A DNA stretch of 64,000 nt from Candidatus Wolfebacteria bacterium RIFCSPLOWO2_01_FULL_45_19 (lineage in GTDB: Bacteria; Patescibacteriota; Minisyncoccia; UBA6257; GWB1-45-9). Where the stretch lies: positions 8,645 to 72,644 of the forward strand of contig MGIR01000001.1 of the NCBI GenBank assembly GCA_001793855.1, written 5' to 3'. A model generated the notes under the pieces. That model saw only the letters and a program-made list of their open reading frames with translations. It ran no database searches and had not been told where the DNA came from. The translations under genes and the position numbers were made by a program. Below, piece by piece: positions 45,262 through 56,064 of the stretch. Every line of letters starts with the position of its first letter. The stretch's first letter is position 1.

Positions 45262-46865
45262 TAATTTGTTTTTTCGCGTTTTATTCCGCATTAGTTTGGA
45301 ACCTTTACAATATTCAAATAGAAAAAGGAAATTATTATGTTGGGCGGGCTTTGGCGCAGAACGAAGCGCGCGGTTTTTTTGACCCAAAGCGCGGGCGAAT
45401 TCTTTTTACGGACAAGAACAAAAATTTTTCCCCCGCGGCAATTAACCGGGAGAAGCTTTCAATTTTTGCCGCGCCAAAAGAAATAGAAGACGTTTCTGAA
45501 GCAGCGCATATTTTGGCTCCGATTTTTGGTTTGGAGCCCACGCGTTTGGAAGCCAGATTTCTAAGAGAGAATTCTTTGTACGAACTGCTTGACGGGCGGC
45601 CGAGCGAGGAGCTTGTAAAAGAGATTAAAGAACTTAATTTACGCGGCATATATATAGGAACGCGGCTTTCGCGTTATTATCCGCTTGGAGAGTTGGGAGC
45701 TCACCTGCTTGGTTTCATTGCTCCGACTGCGGAAGATGACAATTTCGCGGGTCGTTACGGCTTGGAGACGTATTATGAAGAGCGCCTTGCCGGCAAATCT
45801 GGTGAGATTACCGGCGAACGTTTGCTAAGTCCGGTTCACGGCGATGATTTGGTTTTAACAATTGACCCGGCTATTCAGGAACGCGCTTCGGCGATTTTGG
45901 AAAAACTTATTAAAGATTATCGAGCCGAAGGCGGAACCGTCATGGTACAAAATCCTTCAACGGGAGCGATTCTTGCCATGCACAGCGAGCCGTCGTTTGA
46001 CCCCAACGAGTATTATAAATTTTCTTTCGGTCACTTCACTAATCCTGTCGTTGAAGCGGTCTACGAGCCGGGTTCAATTTTTAAAGTGATAACGATGGCT
46101 ATCGGGCTTGATGCCGGAAAAATTACGCCCGACACGACTTATTTTGACGGTGGCTCGGTAACTTACAACACGCATACTATCCGCAACTGGGATTTGAAAG
46201 CGCACGGCACTATCACAATGACACAGGTTCTTGAAAACTCCGTGAATACAGGAGCGGTTTTCGCCGAGCGTCAAGTGGGGCACGAAAACTTTTTAAGTTA
46301 TTTGAAAAAATTCGGATTTGATTCTAAAACCGAAGTAGATTTGCCGGGAGAGGTCGCCGGTAATTTGAAAAATTTGGATGGTTCCAGCCGCGACATAAAT
46401 TTCGCGAATGCTTCTTTCGGACAGGGCGTCGCTGTTACGTCCCTGAATTTATTAAGAGCGATTTCCACCATCGCGAACGGCGGAGTTATGGCGCGTCCGT
46501 ATCTTAACGCGGAACTTCAACCGAAAAACGAGGGAAGGATTATTTCGGAAGGAGCGGCAAAACAAACCGTTGATATGATGGTTTCGGCGGTTGACAAAGC
46601 GCGTGTTGCCGCCATACCTTATTATTCGGTGGCAGGAAAAACCGGAACGGCACAAGTGCCGGATTTAAAACGCGGAGGATATACCAAAGACGTCATCAAT
46701 ACTTATATCGGATTTGCTCCCGCTTACAATCCTCAGGCAGTGGTTTTTATCCGGCTGGACAAGCCGTATGGCGCGCCGCTCGCGGGATTAACGGTAGTTC
46801 CGTCATTTCGCGAGCTTATGGAATTTGTGCTGAATTACTATAATGTTTCACCTGACAGATTGTGA
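45237..46865 (+). CDS. ftsI: Class B PBP (FtsI/PBP3)
   Basis: EPGSIFK, SVN, KTGTAQ; dcw position. Confidence 0.9.
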   Translation: MAARFSFLIICFFAFYSALVWNLYNIQIEKGNYYVGRALAQNEARGFFDPKRGRILFTDKNKNFSPAAINREKLSIFAAPKEIEDVSEAAHILAPIFGLEPTRLEARFLRENSLYELLDGRPSEELVKEIKELNLRGIYIGTRLSRYYPLGELGAHLLGFIAPTAEDDNFAGRYGLETYYEERLAGKSGEITGERLLSPVHGDDLVLTIDPAIQERASAILEKLIKDYRAEGGTVMVQNPSTGAILAMHSEPSFDPNEYYKFSFGHFTNPVVEAVYEPGSIFKVITMAIGLDAGKITPDTTYFDGGSVTYNTHTIRNWDLKAHGTITMTQVLENSVNTGAVFAERQVGHENFLSYLKKFGFDSKTEVDLPGEVAGNLKNLDGSSRDINFANASFGQGVAVTSLNLLRAISTIANGGVMARPYLNAELQPKNEGRIISEGAAKQTVDMMVSAVDKARVAAIPYYSVAGKTGTAQVPDLKRGGYTKDVINTYIGFAPAYNPQAVVFIRLDKPYGAPLAGLTVVPSFRELMEFVLNYYNVSPDRL

Positions 46866-46945
46866 AAACTAAAGAACATAAGAACATAAGAACGTAAGAA
46901 CGGTTTTGAGTTCATCAGTTCATTCGTTCATAAGTTTTTAAGTTA
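46866..46945. repeat. Inverted octamer array between ftsI and murF
   Basis: AAGAACAT AAGAACAT AAGAACGT AAGAAC ... GTTCATCA GTTCATTC GTTCATAA GTTTTTAA. Confidence 0.85.
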
Positions 46946-46953
46946 TACAAGAT

Positions 46954-48189
46954 ATGAAAGAGGCAATAATTAAAATTTTGCAGTATATATTAAAGAAGCT
47001 TGCTCAGCTGACTGTCTGGCGATATGAGCCGGGCGTTATTGTGATTACGGGTAATGTAGGCAAGACATCGACTAAAGAAACCATAGCCGCGGTGTTGCGA
47101 AACGGCCGTAATATACGTTATTCCAGCGGAAATTTTAATAACGAGCTTGGCGTACCTCTTACGATAATAGGCGACTGGGACAAAATAAGCGGGTGGTTTT
47201 TTTGGCCAAGAGTTTTAATAATGGCTGTTTTTCAGCTTATTTTTAAAAACGGAAATTATCCGGAATTGTTGATTCTTGAATACGCGGCGGGCAAGCCCGG
47301 AGACATAAAATATCTTTTAGAGATAGCGCGGCCCCAGATAGGCGTTATTACCGCGATAGGAGAAATTCCCGCGCACGTGGAATTTTTTAGCGGTTCCGAC
47401 GCCGTAGCAAGGGAAAAATCGCGCGTAGTGGAACATTTGCCATCCAACGGTTTCGCGGTTTTAAATTTTGACGATGAAGTTGTAATGGATATGAAAGAGC
47501 GGACGCGGGCGCATGTCATAACTTTCGGTTTCGGGGAGGGAGCGGAAGTAAGAATAACAAATTTTGAAATTCGCTCCGAAAACGGCAGGCCGGACGGCAT
47601 ATGGTTCAAATTGGTTTACGGCGGAAATGTCGTTCCGTTTAACTTGAAAGGAGTTTTCGGAAAACCGCAGGCGTATGCCACGGCGGCTGCGGCGGCGGTG
47701 GGAATTGTTTTCGGAGCAAACCTCGTTAAATCGGCCGAAGCCCTTGCCGGCTACCGCCCGATTAAAGGAAGAATGAGCTTGCTTCCGGCAATCAAAATGG
47801 CTTACATTATTGACGACAGTTACAACGCCGCGCCGCTTTCAATGCGTTCAGCGCTTGACACATTGAAAGCTCTTAAGGTCTCCGGAAGAAAAATAGCGGT
47901 TCTCGGTGATATGCTTGAAATAGGCAGATACGCGCTTGAGGCGCATGAAGAGATCGGGCGAATGGCGGCAAAGACGGCGGATTTTCTGATTACGGTCGGG
48001 CCGCGGGCAAAATTTATCGCCGAACACGCCGTAAGGCACGGTTTGTCGAAAAGGCGAGTGATGTCGTTTGATGTTGTTGAAGACGCCATCAAACCGGCGC
48101 AGGATATGATTAGGAAGGGTGACGTTGTATTGGTTAAAGCGTCCAGAGCAATTCAGTTGGATAAATTAGTGAAAGCTCTTATCGTCTAG
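46954..48189 (+). CDS. murF: UDP-MurNAc-tripeptide--D-Ala-D-Ala ligase
   Basis: TGNVGKT, NNELGVPLT, DDSYNA, LGDMLE, KASR. Confidence 0.93.
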   Translation: MKEAIIKILQYILKKLAQLTVWRYEPGVIVITGNVGKTSTKETIAAVLRNGRNIRYSSGNFNNELGVPLTIIGDWDKISGWFFWPRVLIMAVFQLIFKNGNYPELLILEYAAGKPGDIKYLLEIARPQIGVITAIGEIPAHVEFFSGSDAVAREKSRVVEHLPSNGFAVLNFDDEVVMDMKERTRAHVITFGFGEGAEVRITNFEIRSENGRPDGIWFKLVYGGNVVPFNLKGVFGKPQAYATAAAAAVGIVFGANLVKSAEALAGYRPIKGRMSLLPAIKMAYIIDDSYNAAPLSMRSALDTLKALKVSGRKIAVLGDMLEIGRYALEAHEEIGRMAAKTADFLITVGPRAKFIAEHAVRHGLSKRRVMSFDVVEDAIKPAQDMIRKGDVVLVKASRAIQLDKLVKALIV

Positions 48190-48251
48190 TTTGGCCTAGG
48201 ACATCCCGCACCTTTCGTTTTAAAACGAAAGGTGCGGGACAAGTCAGCTTC
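48181..48251 (+). pseudogene. Degenerate 5' half of tRNA-Glu interrupted by a perfect 36-bp palindrome (48204-48239)
   Basis: ATCGTCTAGT..GGCCTAGGACA[palindrome]..TCAGCTTC matches 48297-48325. Confidence 0.65.
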
Positions 48252-48290
48252 CTTGCCCCGCATTAAAATTTAAGCAAAACTTAACAATAT

Positions 48291-48363
48291 GGCCCCATCG
48301 TCTAGTGGCCCAGGACATCAGCTTCTCAAGCTGAAAACACGGGTTCGATTCCCGTTGGGGCTA
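48291..48363 (+). tRNA. tRNA-Glu(CTC)
   Basis: GGCCCCA acceptor, TCAGC-TTCTCAA-GCTGA. Confidence 0.94.
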
Positions 48364-48528
48364 CGGAATTTTTAGTGCGTGGTCAAGACGAGAGCGTTAT
48401 AAAACGAATACGCGCGGCGCCGCGCGTATTCGTTTTTGTTCGGGATTCGAACCCGGAAATGGATTTGATATTTTTCGGAATGCGTGATAGTTTGTATTTC
48501 AGCACGTTTCACAAAAAAGGAATGCGAT

Positions 48529-48948
48529 ATGTCGAAAGCGAAAGATTGGCTGAGAAAAAGAAAGCATCAAGGATATTCTTACGCCGAAGTGGTCGCAGAA
48601 ATTGAGCGCCGCGTCGCCGGGAATTATATCTTTTCAAAAGCGGAGAACGAAAAGCGTTTGTTTGACGCGCTTGAGCGGGTTGACTTATTGTTCTGTTTAT
48701 CCGCCACCCTTCACGATTTTCTTGAAGAACAGAGAATGACGCTCGGACAGCTTTTTGAACAGCTTGACGATTTGGATATGAATGATGGCATAGAACGAGC
48801 GCTTAATCCATTTCCTAAAGGATCCAAAGAGGACAAGGACGAAATAAAAACCTGCGGCATTATAGATATGTTTTATCCCGGTAAAGATCTGGACATAGAG
48901 CGCGATGCTTATTCAGAACTCCTTGTTTCAAGGCGAAAAAATAAGTAA
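48529..48948 (+). CDS. Hypothetical protein
   Basis: ORF from MSKAKD; followed by a terminator at 48954-48978. Confidence 0.55.
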   Translation: MSKAKDWLRKRKHQGYSYAEVVAEIERRVAGNYIFSKAENEKRLFDALERVDLLFCLSATLHDFLEEQRMTLGQLFEQLDDLDMNDGIERALNPFPKGSKEDKDEIKTCGIIDMFYPGKDLDIERDAYSELLVSRRKNK

Positions 48949-49080
48949 CTTGAGCCGCCCGGCATTGGGCGGTTTTTTACATGTATGATATTATGTGAAT
49001 AAGCCAAGCGTTCAAGTTGTGAATAAAATGATGTTGTTGCAAAAAGTGTCGTGAGGGATAAACTATAAGTAAGGTCTTGT

Positions 49081-50595
49081 ATGAAAAATAACAATATGAA
49101 AATTGTAACAGTTTTATTCGTCGTTGGTTTAATTATGTCTCCCGTAATCGGGCTGGCGCAAACTTCAAATGCTCCTGTTCCGCCTCCCACAAATATTACT
49201 TTCCCACAGACGACCGCCATCTCGCCCTCGCCGATGCCTATAAAATGCGGGGTGAATACTTTTGTCGTCAATAATGATTGTGGCGTTGGCGCATTCAAAA
49301 GCGCTTATGTCCAATGTCATGACGGTTATGAAACCACTTTGGGAGACGCAACTTCATGCAAATCTTCTGAAACATGGCAACAATACGCGAAAGAGTTGTG
49401 TGTAAATCGCTGTTCAACCGGAAAAGAACCAAAAAATATCACCAAACCCCTGCCGCAGCCATTTCCGATTCCGGCGCCAAAACCAATTTCCATATGTTAT
49501 ATCAGCGACAATTTAATGCAAGAATACGATCAGCTTATTCTTAAATTGCAGAAAGCGGAATCCGATAAGGTAAGGGCGGAAGAAATAACTAAGAAAATAA
49601 TCGCGCTGAAACAGGAGATTACAAAACAACAAAGAGAGTGCGCTAATTCTCCGCAACCAACGACGACTTCGCGGCCAGTGCCATTGGCCCCGCCGATAGC
49701 AATAGACAAACCGAATACAGCGTCGGTGAATCGTTGCGATGAGGCCGCGCAATGGGAAAATAAAATTGTCTATTATAAAAAACTCAGCGGTTTGGACGAC
49801 GCCGATTTGAAAAAAGACGGTTTTTCGCGGGAAGAAATTGAAAAAATATTGAAAGACCTTTCGCTTGGTTTTGAAAAAGTAAAAGCGCAATGCGACAATC
49901 AAAGCGGAACAATTACCGCGCCGCCAACCGCGATAACGGATTCTGTATTAGTCACGGAAACAGTAAAGCCGATAGTCGTTGAATCCGGGCAAGAAATCAG
50001 CGTTTATTATAAAATTAAACTTGAAAAAACTATCTCCGCAAAAGGGGAGGAAGAACAGATAGAAGAACTTAAAATATTAAGAGATGAAATAGACGGGCTC
50101 ATTGCCAATTTTATCAAAAGCAGGAAAGAGTTGGAGGTAAGCGAGTTGAATAATTTAGTAACGGAAGTGAAAGTAAGCCGGGGAGAAATCAAAGCCGATA
50201 ATATAGCAGTGAAAACTACGGAGAAGAAAATGCTTGCCAATATGGGAGATAGACCGGTGAGCATTGAGCCCACAGCAAGTCAAGTGCTTATCCGCGATAA
50301 GAGTTTTGAAATAAAAACGGACGAAGTCGTGATTAAAGAAAATGTATTAAGCGTGGGCGGCGTTGAAGTGAAAATGTCCGCAAGCGAGGTGGCGGAGAAG
50401 CTTGGTATTGCGCCCCAAACCATTGAATTGAAAGAAGAAAACGCAAGAGCGGTCTATAATATGAAAATTAAAGAACGCCGGAAGCTTTTCTGGGTTATTC
50501 CGTTCAATGTTCAAAAGACCATCGCCGTCGACGCCGCAAACGGCAATGTGTTAACTGAGCGCCTGCCTTGGTATAGTTTCTTAACGACGAAGTAG
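49081..50595 (+). CDS. Secreted Pro/Cys-rich coiled-coil hypothetical protein
   Basis: Signal peptide, Pro-rich linkers, PepSY-like VDAANGNVL end. Confidence 0.75.
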   Translation: MKNNNMKIVTVLFVVGLIMSPVIGLAQTSNAPVPPPTNITFPQTTAISPSPMPIKCGVNTFVVNNDCGVGAFKSAYVQCHDGYETTLGDATSCKSSETWQQYAKELCVNRCSTGKEPKNITKPLPQPFPIPAPKPISICYISDNLMQEYDQLILKLQKAESDKVRAEEITKKIIALKQEITKQQRECANSPQPTTTSRPVPLAPPIAIDKPNTASVNRCDEAAQWENKIVYYKKLSGLDDADLKKDGFSREEIEKILKDLSLGFEKVKAQCDNQSGTITAPPTAITDSVLVTETVKPIVVESGQEISVYYKIKLEKTISAKGEEEQIEELKILRDEIDGLIANFIKSRKELEVSELNNLVTEVKVSRGEIKADNIAVKTTEKKMLANMGDRPVSIEPTASQVLIRDKSFEIKTDEVVIKENVLSVGGVEVKMSASEVAEKLGIAPQTIELKEENARAVYNMKIKERRKLFWVIPFNVQKTIAVDAANGNVLTERLPWYSFLTTK

Positions 50596-50611
50596 CTATC
50601 TGAAAATATAT

Positions 50612-50634
50612 AAAACCGCCTTAGGGCGGTTTTT
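50612..50634. terminator. Bidirectional terminator
   Basis: AAAACCGCC-TTAG-GGCGGTTTTT. Confidence 0.8.
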
Positions 50635-50667
50635 GGATTTTGTTTCGCGCTTTCAGCGCGCTGCAAG

Positions 50668-50862
50668 TCATTCTTGTTTTTCTTTTGGATGTCCCGGCGG
50701 ATAGAACGAGGGCTTTACGTCGCATTTCGGGCAGTATTCTTTTTCGAGATGTTCATATTCGTCCGCGCTTTCTTTCTTGCGGCATATCCATGTTTTTTCA
50801 GCGTATGCTCTGCATGTTTTGCATCGGTGCTGACCGTAGTGATCTTCTGTGATATTGGTCAT
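50668..50862 (-). CDS. Small Cys-containing (zinc-ribbon-like) hypothetical protein
   Basis: CKTC...CPKC; probable start MTNITED. Confidence 0.45.
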   Translation of the reverse strand: MTNITEDHYGQHRCKTCRAYAEKTWICRKKESADEYEHLEKEYCPKCDVKPSFYPPGHPKEKQE

Positions 50863-51057
50863 GCAGTCCTTGCGAAAATGTACTACCATAAGTTTATAAC
50901 AATATCGAAATATTTTCAAATTAATGTATGTACAATGCAATCCAATTTTTGATTTCCATATTCGGAGATAAGCGGGATCGCGCCAACTGTAACCGCTCGC
51001 TTTGAAGCTCGCGGACAGTTGCGTGACTATAAACTATAAGCTATACTCTATTTCTAT

Positions 51058-51468
51058 ATGCCGACAATAAATCAATTGTTGAAAAGAAAAAGAAAGAACG
51101 TGAAGATGAAGTCAAAAGCGCCGGCTTTGGGCGTTTATTTTAATACTATTAAAAATCATCCGGTGCAGTCGTCATCGCCGTTCAAGCGCGGAGTTTGTCT
51201 CAAGGTATTTACGACTACTCCGAAGAAACCGAACTCCGCTCTGCGGAAAGTCGCGCGCGTTCGCCTCACTAACGGGCAAGAGGTTACGGCTTATATTCCT
51301 GGTATCGGCCACAGCTTGCAGGAACACTCGGTGGTGGTCATTCGTGGCGGCCGCGTAAAGGATTTGCCGGGCGTGCGTTATCATATTGTAAGAGGAGTTT
51401 TGGACACGACCGGAGTGGAGGGTCGCAAACAGCAGAGGTCGAAATATGGAGCAAAAAGACCGAAATAA
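51058..51468 (+). CDS. rpsL: 30S ribosomal protein S12
   Basis: [21 protein letters not shown]. Confidence 0.98.
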   Translation: MPTINQLLKRKRKNVKMKSKAPALGVYFNTIKNHPVQSSSPFKRGVCLKVFTTTPKKPNSALRKVARVRLTNGQEVTAYIPGIGHSLQEHSVVVIRGGRVKDLPGVRYHIVRGVLDTTGVEGRKQQRSKYGAKRPK

Positions 51469-51470
51469 AG

Positions 51471-51545
51471 GAAAATAAGAAACTATGAAACTATGAAATT
51501 AAGAAACCGTTAGTTCCCAAGTTTCTGAGTTTCTATAAATTTCTA
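51471..51545. repeat. Inverted octamer array (GAAACTAT type) between rpsL and rpsG
   Basis: GAAAATAA GAAACTAT GAAACTAT GAAATTAA GAAAC ... GTTCCCAA GTTTCTGA GTTTCTAT. Confidence 0.8.
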
Positions 51546-51552
51546 TTTAACT

Positions 51553-52020
51553 ATGCGTAAAAAAAGAAATTATAAAAGAGAATATAATCCTGACACCAGA
51601 TACGCGAAGATTAATGTTAGCCGTTTTATAAATTACGTTATGAAAGACGGCAAGAAGTCTGTCGCCGAAAGGGTGGTGTACGGCGCTTTTGACAAGATAC
51701 AGAAAGAAACAAAACAGGAGCCGGTAGCGGTGTTTGAAAAAGCGATGGAGAACGCGGCTCCGGCGGTGGAAGTTGTGGCGCGGCGCGTAGGCGGAGCAAA
51801 CTACCAGGTTCCGCGGGAAATTCGTCCTGATAGAAAATATGTTTTGGCATCGCGTTGGATTATTGATGCCGCGCGCAAGCGTAAGGGAAAGTCGATGGCC
51901 GAAAAACTTGCGGAAGAGTTAATATCGGCTTCAAAAAATGAAGGGACGGCGATTAAGAAAAAGCAAGACACTCATCGCATGGCAGAGGCAAACAGAGCCT
52001 TCGCCCATTTTGCGTGGTAA
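51553..52020 (+). CDS. rpsG: 30S ribosomal protein S7
   Basis: GKKSVAE, RRVGGANYQVP, MAEANRAFAH. Confidence 0.98.
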   Translation: MRKKRNYKREYNPDTRYAKINVSRFINYVMKDGKKSVAERVVYGAFDKIQKETKQEPVAVFEKAMENAAPAVEVVARRVGGANYQVPREIRPDRKYVLASRWIIDAARKRKGKSMAEKLAEELISASKNEGTAIKKKQDTHRMAEANRAFAHFAW

Positions 52021-52029
52021 ATTTTACTC

Positions 52030-54132
52030 ATGCCTCGTCAGTATCCTTTGGAAAAAGTTCGCAATATCGGCATTATCGCCCACATTGACGCCGGTAAAAC
52101 CACCGTCACGGAGCGGGTGCTTTTTTATACGGGCCTTTCCCACAAAATAGGAGAAGTTCACGAAGGCACAACCGTGATGGACTGGATGGAACAGGAACGG
52201 GAACGCGGCATAACCATTACCGCCGCCGCAACCACTTGTTTTTGGACGCCAACTTATCGCAAGGGCGACAAAGCGTTTGAGCATCGTATAAATATTATAG
52301 ATACTCCTGGGCACATTGATTTTACAGTTGAAGTGAAGCGTTCTTTGCGCGTGCTTGACGGCGCGGTGGTAGTTTTTGATGGCGTTGCCGGAGTGGAGCC
52401 GCAGTCCGAAACAAACTGGCATTATGCTGACGAATACAAAGTTCCAAGAGTGTGTTTCATAAACAAACTTGATCGCACCGGCGCGAGTTTTGAAAACAGC
52501 TTCAAGTCAATTTTAGAGCGCCTTACTCCGAATGCGATGCGTTTGCAAATACCGATCGGTTTGGAATCGAGTTTTGAAGGCGTTGTTGATTTGCTCGGGC
52601 GCCAAGCGTACGGCTTTGAAGGCGAGCACGGTGAAAAAATAGTTGAACGTGAAATTCCGGAGAGTATGAAAGAAGAAGTTGAAAAATTTCACAAAGAATT
52701 GGTTGAAAAAATTGTTGAGTTTGACGATGAGCTGATGCATTTATATCTGGAGGGCAAAGAACCGCCGGTTGAGGATTTGAAACGCGCGTTGAGGAAGGCC
52801 AGTTTGGAAGTAAAAATTATTCCGGTTCTTTGTGGTTCGGCTTTGAAGAATAAAGGCGTTCAGTTCGTTCTTGACGCCACGGTTGATTATCTGCCTTCGC
52901 CATTGGACTTGCTACCGGTGAAAGCAACGAGCGTTAAGACCGGAGAAGAAATTTTAATTCAACCAAAAGACGACGAACTCGTAGCCGCGCTCGCTTTTAA
53001 AATTGCCACCGATCCATTCGTTGGCAATCTTACTTATTTCCGCGCTTACACCGGAACTGTTAAAAAAGGAAGTTATATTTTGAATACGACTAAAGATACG
53101 CAAGAGCGCATAGGACGATTGGTTCGCATGCACGCCAACCATCGCGAAGACGTTGATGAAATTTATTCCGGAGACCTCGGAGCGATAGTTGGCTTAAAAA
53201 GCACCGGCACCGGCGATTCTTTGTGCGACCCGTCGCGGCCTTTGATTTTAGAAAGAATCATTTTCCCCGAGCCGGTTATTTCCGTAAGAATTGAACCGAA
53301 GACCAAAGCTGACCAGGAAAAAATGGGAATTGCTTTGCGCCGGTTATCCGACGAAGACCCGACATTCCGAGTGAGCGGCGATCCGGAGACGGGCGAAACC
53401 ATTATTTCCGGAATGGGAGAATTGCATTTGGAAGTTATCGTGGAAAGAATGAAGCGGGAATTTACGGTTGAAGCAAATGTCGGTCGGCCGCAAGTCGCTT
53501 ACAAAGAGACCATTCTAGCTACCGCCGAAGCCGAAGGTAAATATATCCGCCAGTCCGGCGGCCGCGGCCAATACGGTCATGTTTGGTTGAAAGTGGAGCC
53601 GCTTGAACGCGGCAAAGGTTTTGAATTCATTGATGCTATTAAAGGCGGTACAATTCCGAAAGAATTTATTTCGGCAGTGGAAAAAGGTGTAAAAGAAGCG
53701 ACGGTAAAAGGCGTCGTTGCCGGTTATCCGCTGATAGACGTTTCCGCGACGCTTTACGACGGATCTTTTCATGAAGTTGATTCATCGGAAATGGCTTTCA
53801 AAATAGCCGGCTCAATGGCTTTCCAAGAGGCGGCGAAGCGCGCCAAGCCGGTAATATTAGAGCCGATTATGAAAGTTCAAGTTATAGCTCCTCAGGAATT
53901 TCTCGGAGACGTTACCGGCGATTTGAGTTCCAAGCGCGGTAAAATACAAGAGATGAGCGATCGCGCCAATATCAAAGTCGTTGACGCGCATGTTCCACTT
54001 TCCGAGATGTTCGGTTATGCCACTAAGCTTCGTTCAATGACACAGGGACGCGGAAGTTTTACAATGGAATTCAGCCACTATGAAGCGGTTTCACAAAACG
54101 TCGCGCAGTTGATTATTGAAGGGAAGAAATGA
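52030..54132 (+). CDS. fusA: Elongation factor G
   Basis: [28 protein letters not shown]. Confidence 0.98.
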   Translation: MPRQYPLEKVRNIGIIAHIDAGKTTVTERVLFYTGLSHKIGEVHEGTTVMDWMEQERERGITITAAATTCFWTPTYRKGDKAFEHRINIIDTPGHIDFTVEVKRSLRVLDGAVVVFDGVAGVEPQSETNWHYADEYKVPRVCFINKLDRTGASFENSFKSILERLTPNAMRLQIPIGLESSFEGVVDLLGRQAYGFEGEHGEKIVEREIPESMKEEVEKFHKELVEKIVEFDDELMHLYLEGKEPPVEDLKRALRKASLEVKIIPVLCGSALKNKGVQFVLDATVDYLPSPLDLLPVKATSVKTGEEILIQPKDDELVAALAFKIATDPFVGNLTYFRAYTGTVKKGSYILNTTKDTQERIGRLVRMHANHREDVDEIYSGDLGAIVGLKSTGTGDSLCDPSRPLILERIIFPEPVISVRIEPKTKADQEKMGIALRRLSDEDPTFRVSGDPETGETIISGMGELHLEVIVERMKREFTVEANVGRPQVAYKETILATAEAEGKYIRQSGGRGQYGHVWLKVEPLERGKGFEFIDAIKGGTIPKEFISAVEKGVKEATVKGVVAGYPLIDVSATLYDGSFHEVDSSEMAFKIAGSMAFQEAAKRAKPVILEPIMKVQVIAPQEFLGDVTGDLSSKRGKIQEMSDRANIKVVDAHVPLSEMFGYATKLRSMTQGRGSFTMEFSHYEAVSQNVAQLIIEGKK

Positions 54133-54317
54133 ACACTTTTGATAAAATAAAACTTACTTTGGCAAGAGGAAGCGGTAAATGCGTTGTTTTGCATGAAGAG
54201 GAGCCGAAATACGTAGTAATGACCTGGGAAGAATATGACAAGTTTGAAAAGTTGATAGAAAGGCTGAAACAGGGCGGGGATTTCTCGGGGGTTGACATTA
54301 ATGAGATACCTGTTTAA
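54129..54317 (+). CDS. Small hypothetical protein, Phd/YefM-like motif
   Basis: Coupled to the fusA stop; VVL....[11 protein letters not shown]. Confidence 0.6.
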   Translation: MNTFDKIKLTLARGSGKCVVLHEEEPKYVVMTWEEYDKFEKLIERLKQGGDFSGVDINEIPV

Positions 54318-54350
54318 TATGGAGAACAAGTCGTTAAAATTAATTAAAAA

Positions 54351-54445
54351 TTAAAGAACCCAAGAACCAAAGAACAAAAAAACCAAAGAACCTAAGAACT
54401 ATTTTTAAGTTCATTCGTTTATATGTTCATAAGTTCTTAAGTCAT
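54351..54445. repeat. Inverted octamer array upstream of tuf
   Basis: AAGAACCC AAGAACCA AAGAACAA AAAAACCA AAGAACCT ... GTTCATTC GTTTATAT GTTCATAA GTTCTTAA. Confidence 0.85.
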
Positions 54446-54450
54446 TTAAA

Positions 54451-55650
54451 ATGGCTGAGAAAGCTAAATTCGAGCGGACTAAGCCGCACTTAAACGTCGG
54501 CACAATCGGGCACGTTGACCACGGCAAGACCACTCTTACCGCGTCGATAACTCACGTTCTTAAACTTAAAGGTCTTATTTCTAAAGAGGAAAGCGTTGAT
54601 CAAATAGACAACGCTCCCGAAGAAAAAGCCCGTGGTATTACAATCGCGCTTCATCACTCCGAATACGAATCGGAGAAAAGGCATTACGCGCACATTGACG
54701 CGCCCGGCCACGCCGACTACATAAAAAACATGATTACCGGCGCGGCTCAGATGGATGGCGCGGTTTTGGTAGTTAGCGCTGCTGACGGGCCGATGCCTCA
54801 GACGCGCGAACACATTCTTCTCGCGCGCCAAGTAGGCGTTCCGGCAGTTGTCGTATTTTTGAACAAGGTTGACCAGGTTGACGACAAAGAGCTTATTGAT
54901 TTGGTTGAATCCGAAATTCGCGAGCTTCTTAAGAAATATGAATTTCCCGGCGATGATACTCCGGTTATTCGCGGTTCGGCTTTAAAGGCGCTCAACGCCA
55001 AGTCGGTCGACGATCCGGATATTCAGCCGATTCTTGAATTGATTAAAGCGCTTGATGAATACATTCCCGAGCCGCTACGCGAGATAGATAAGCCATTTCT
55101 TATGCCGGTTGAGGATGTGTTTTCGATTGAAGGACGCGGCACCGTCGTAACCGGACGCGCCGAGCGCGGAGTTGTTAAAGTAAACGAAGAAATTGAAGTT
55201 ATAGGATTGAAGCCGACTCAAAAAACTGTTGTGACCGGCATTGAAATGTTTCAGAAAATTTTGGACGAAGGACGCGCCGGAGATAATATTGGAATTCTTC
55301 TTCGCGGCCTCAAAAAAGAAGACGTTGAACGCGGGCAGGTTATAGCCAAGCCCGGAAGCGTAACTCCTCACACCGAATTTGATGCCGAGGTTTATATCTT
55401 GAGCAAAGAGGAAGGTGGACGCCATACTCCGTTTTTCGCGGGGTATAAGCCGCAATTCTACATTCGCACCACCGACGTTACCGGCGAAGTAACCTTGCCC
55501 CAGGGAATGGAAATGGTTATGCCGGGTGACACCGTTAATGTAGTTGTGAAGCTAATTTCTCCTGTCGCGCTTGAAGAAAAACAAAGATTTGCCATAAGAG
55601 AGGGTGGAAAAACGGTTGGAGCCGGCGTTGTCACAAAGATCCTTAAATAA
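54451..55650 (+). CDS. tuf: Elongation factor Tu
   Basis: [30 protein letters not shown]. Confidence 0.98.
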   Translation: MAEKAKFERTKPHLNVGTIGHVDHGKTTLTASITHVLKLKGLISKEESVDQIDNAPEEKARGITIALHHSEYESEKRHYAHIDAPGHADYIKNMITGAAQMDGAVLVVSAADGPMPQTREHILLARQVGVPAVVVFLNKVDQVDDKELIDLVESEIRELLKKYEFPGDDTPVIRGSALKALNAKSVDDPDIQPILELIKALDEYIPEPLREIDKPFLMPVEDVFSIEGRGTVVTGRAERGVVKVNEEIEVIGLKPTQKTVVTGIEMFQKILDEGRAGDNIGILLRGLKKEDVERGQVIAKPGSVTPHTEFDAEVYILSKEEGGRHTPFFAGYKPQFYIRTTDVTGEVTLPQGMEMVMPGDTVNVVVKLISPVALEEKQRFAIREGGKTVGAGVVTKILK

Positions 55651-55982
55651 TGGCTGCCAAAACGGCAACGGAAGTAAAATCAGTTTTGCGTTTGAGAATA
55701 AGGGCTTACGATCATAAGCTGATAGATAATTCTTGTCGCCAGATTATAGAAACGGCGGAAAGAAACGACGCGGAAGTTATCGGGCCAATTCCGCTCCCAA
55801 CAGAGATGCGCCGCTATACCGTCAATCGTTCCACTTTCGTGCATAAGGATTCGCGAGAACAATTTGAGCTTCGAGTACACAAGCGTTTGATTGATATATT
55901 GAATCCAAGCCAGAAAATAATTGAATCGCTTAGTAATCTTAATCTGCCGGCAGGAGTGGAGATTGAAATAAAAATGGTGTAA
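55650..55982 (+). CDS. rpsJ: 30S ribosomal protein S10
   Basis: GPIPLPT, SREQFE, LPAGV. Confidence 0.97.
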   Translation: MAAKTATEVKSVLRLRIRAYDHKLIDNSCRQIIETAERNDAEVIGPIPLPTEMRRYTVNRSTFVHKDSREQFELRVHKRLIDILNPSQKIIESLSNLNLPAGVEIEIKMV

Positions 55983-55994
55983 TAAATACTGGCT

Positions 55995-56026
55995 CAAAAA
56001 CACGACACTTGAGTGTCGTGTTTTTG
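55995..56026 (+). terminator. Terminator after rpsJ
   Basis: CAAAAACACGACAC-TTGA-GTGTCGTGTTTTTG. Confidence 0.85.
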
Positions 56027-56064
56027 TTGGGTTGACAAACTTTATAATAAGAGTATAATGCATA

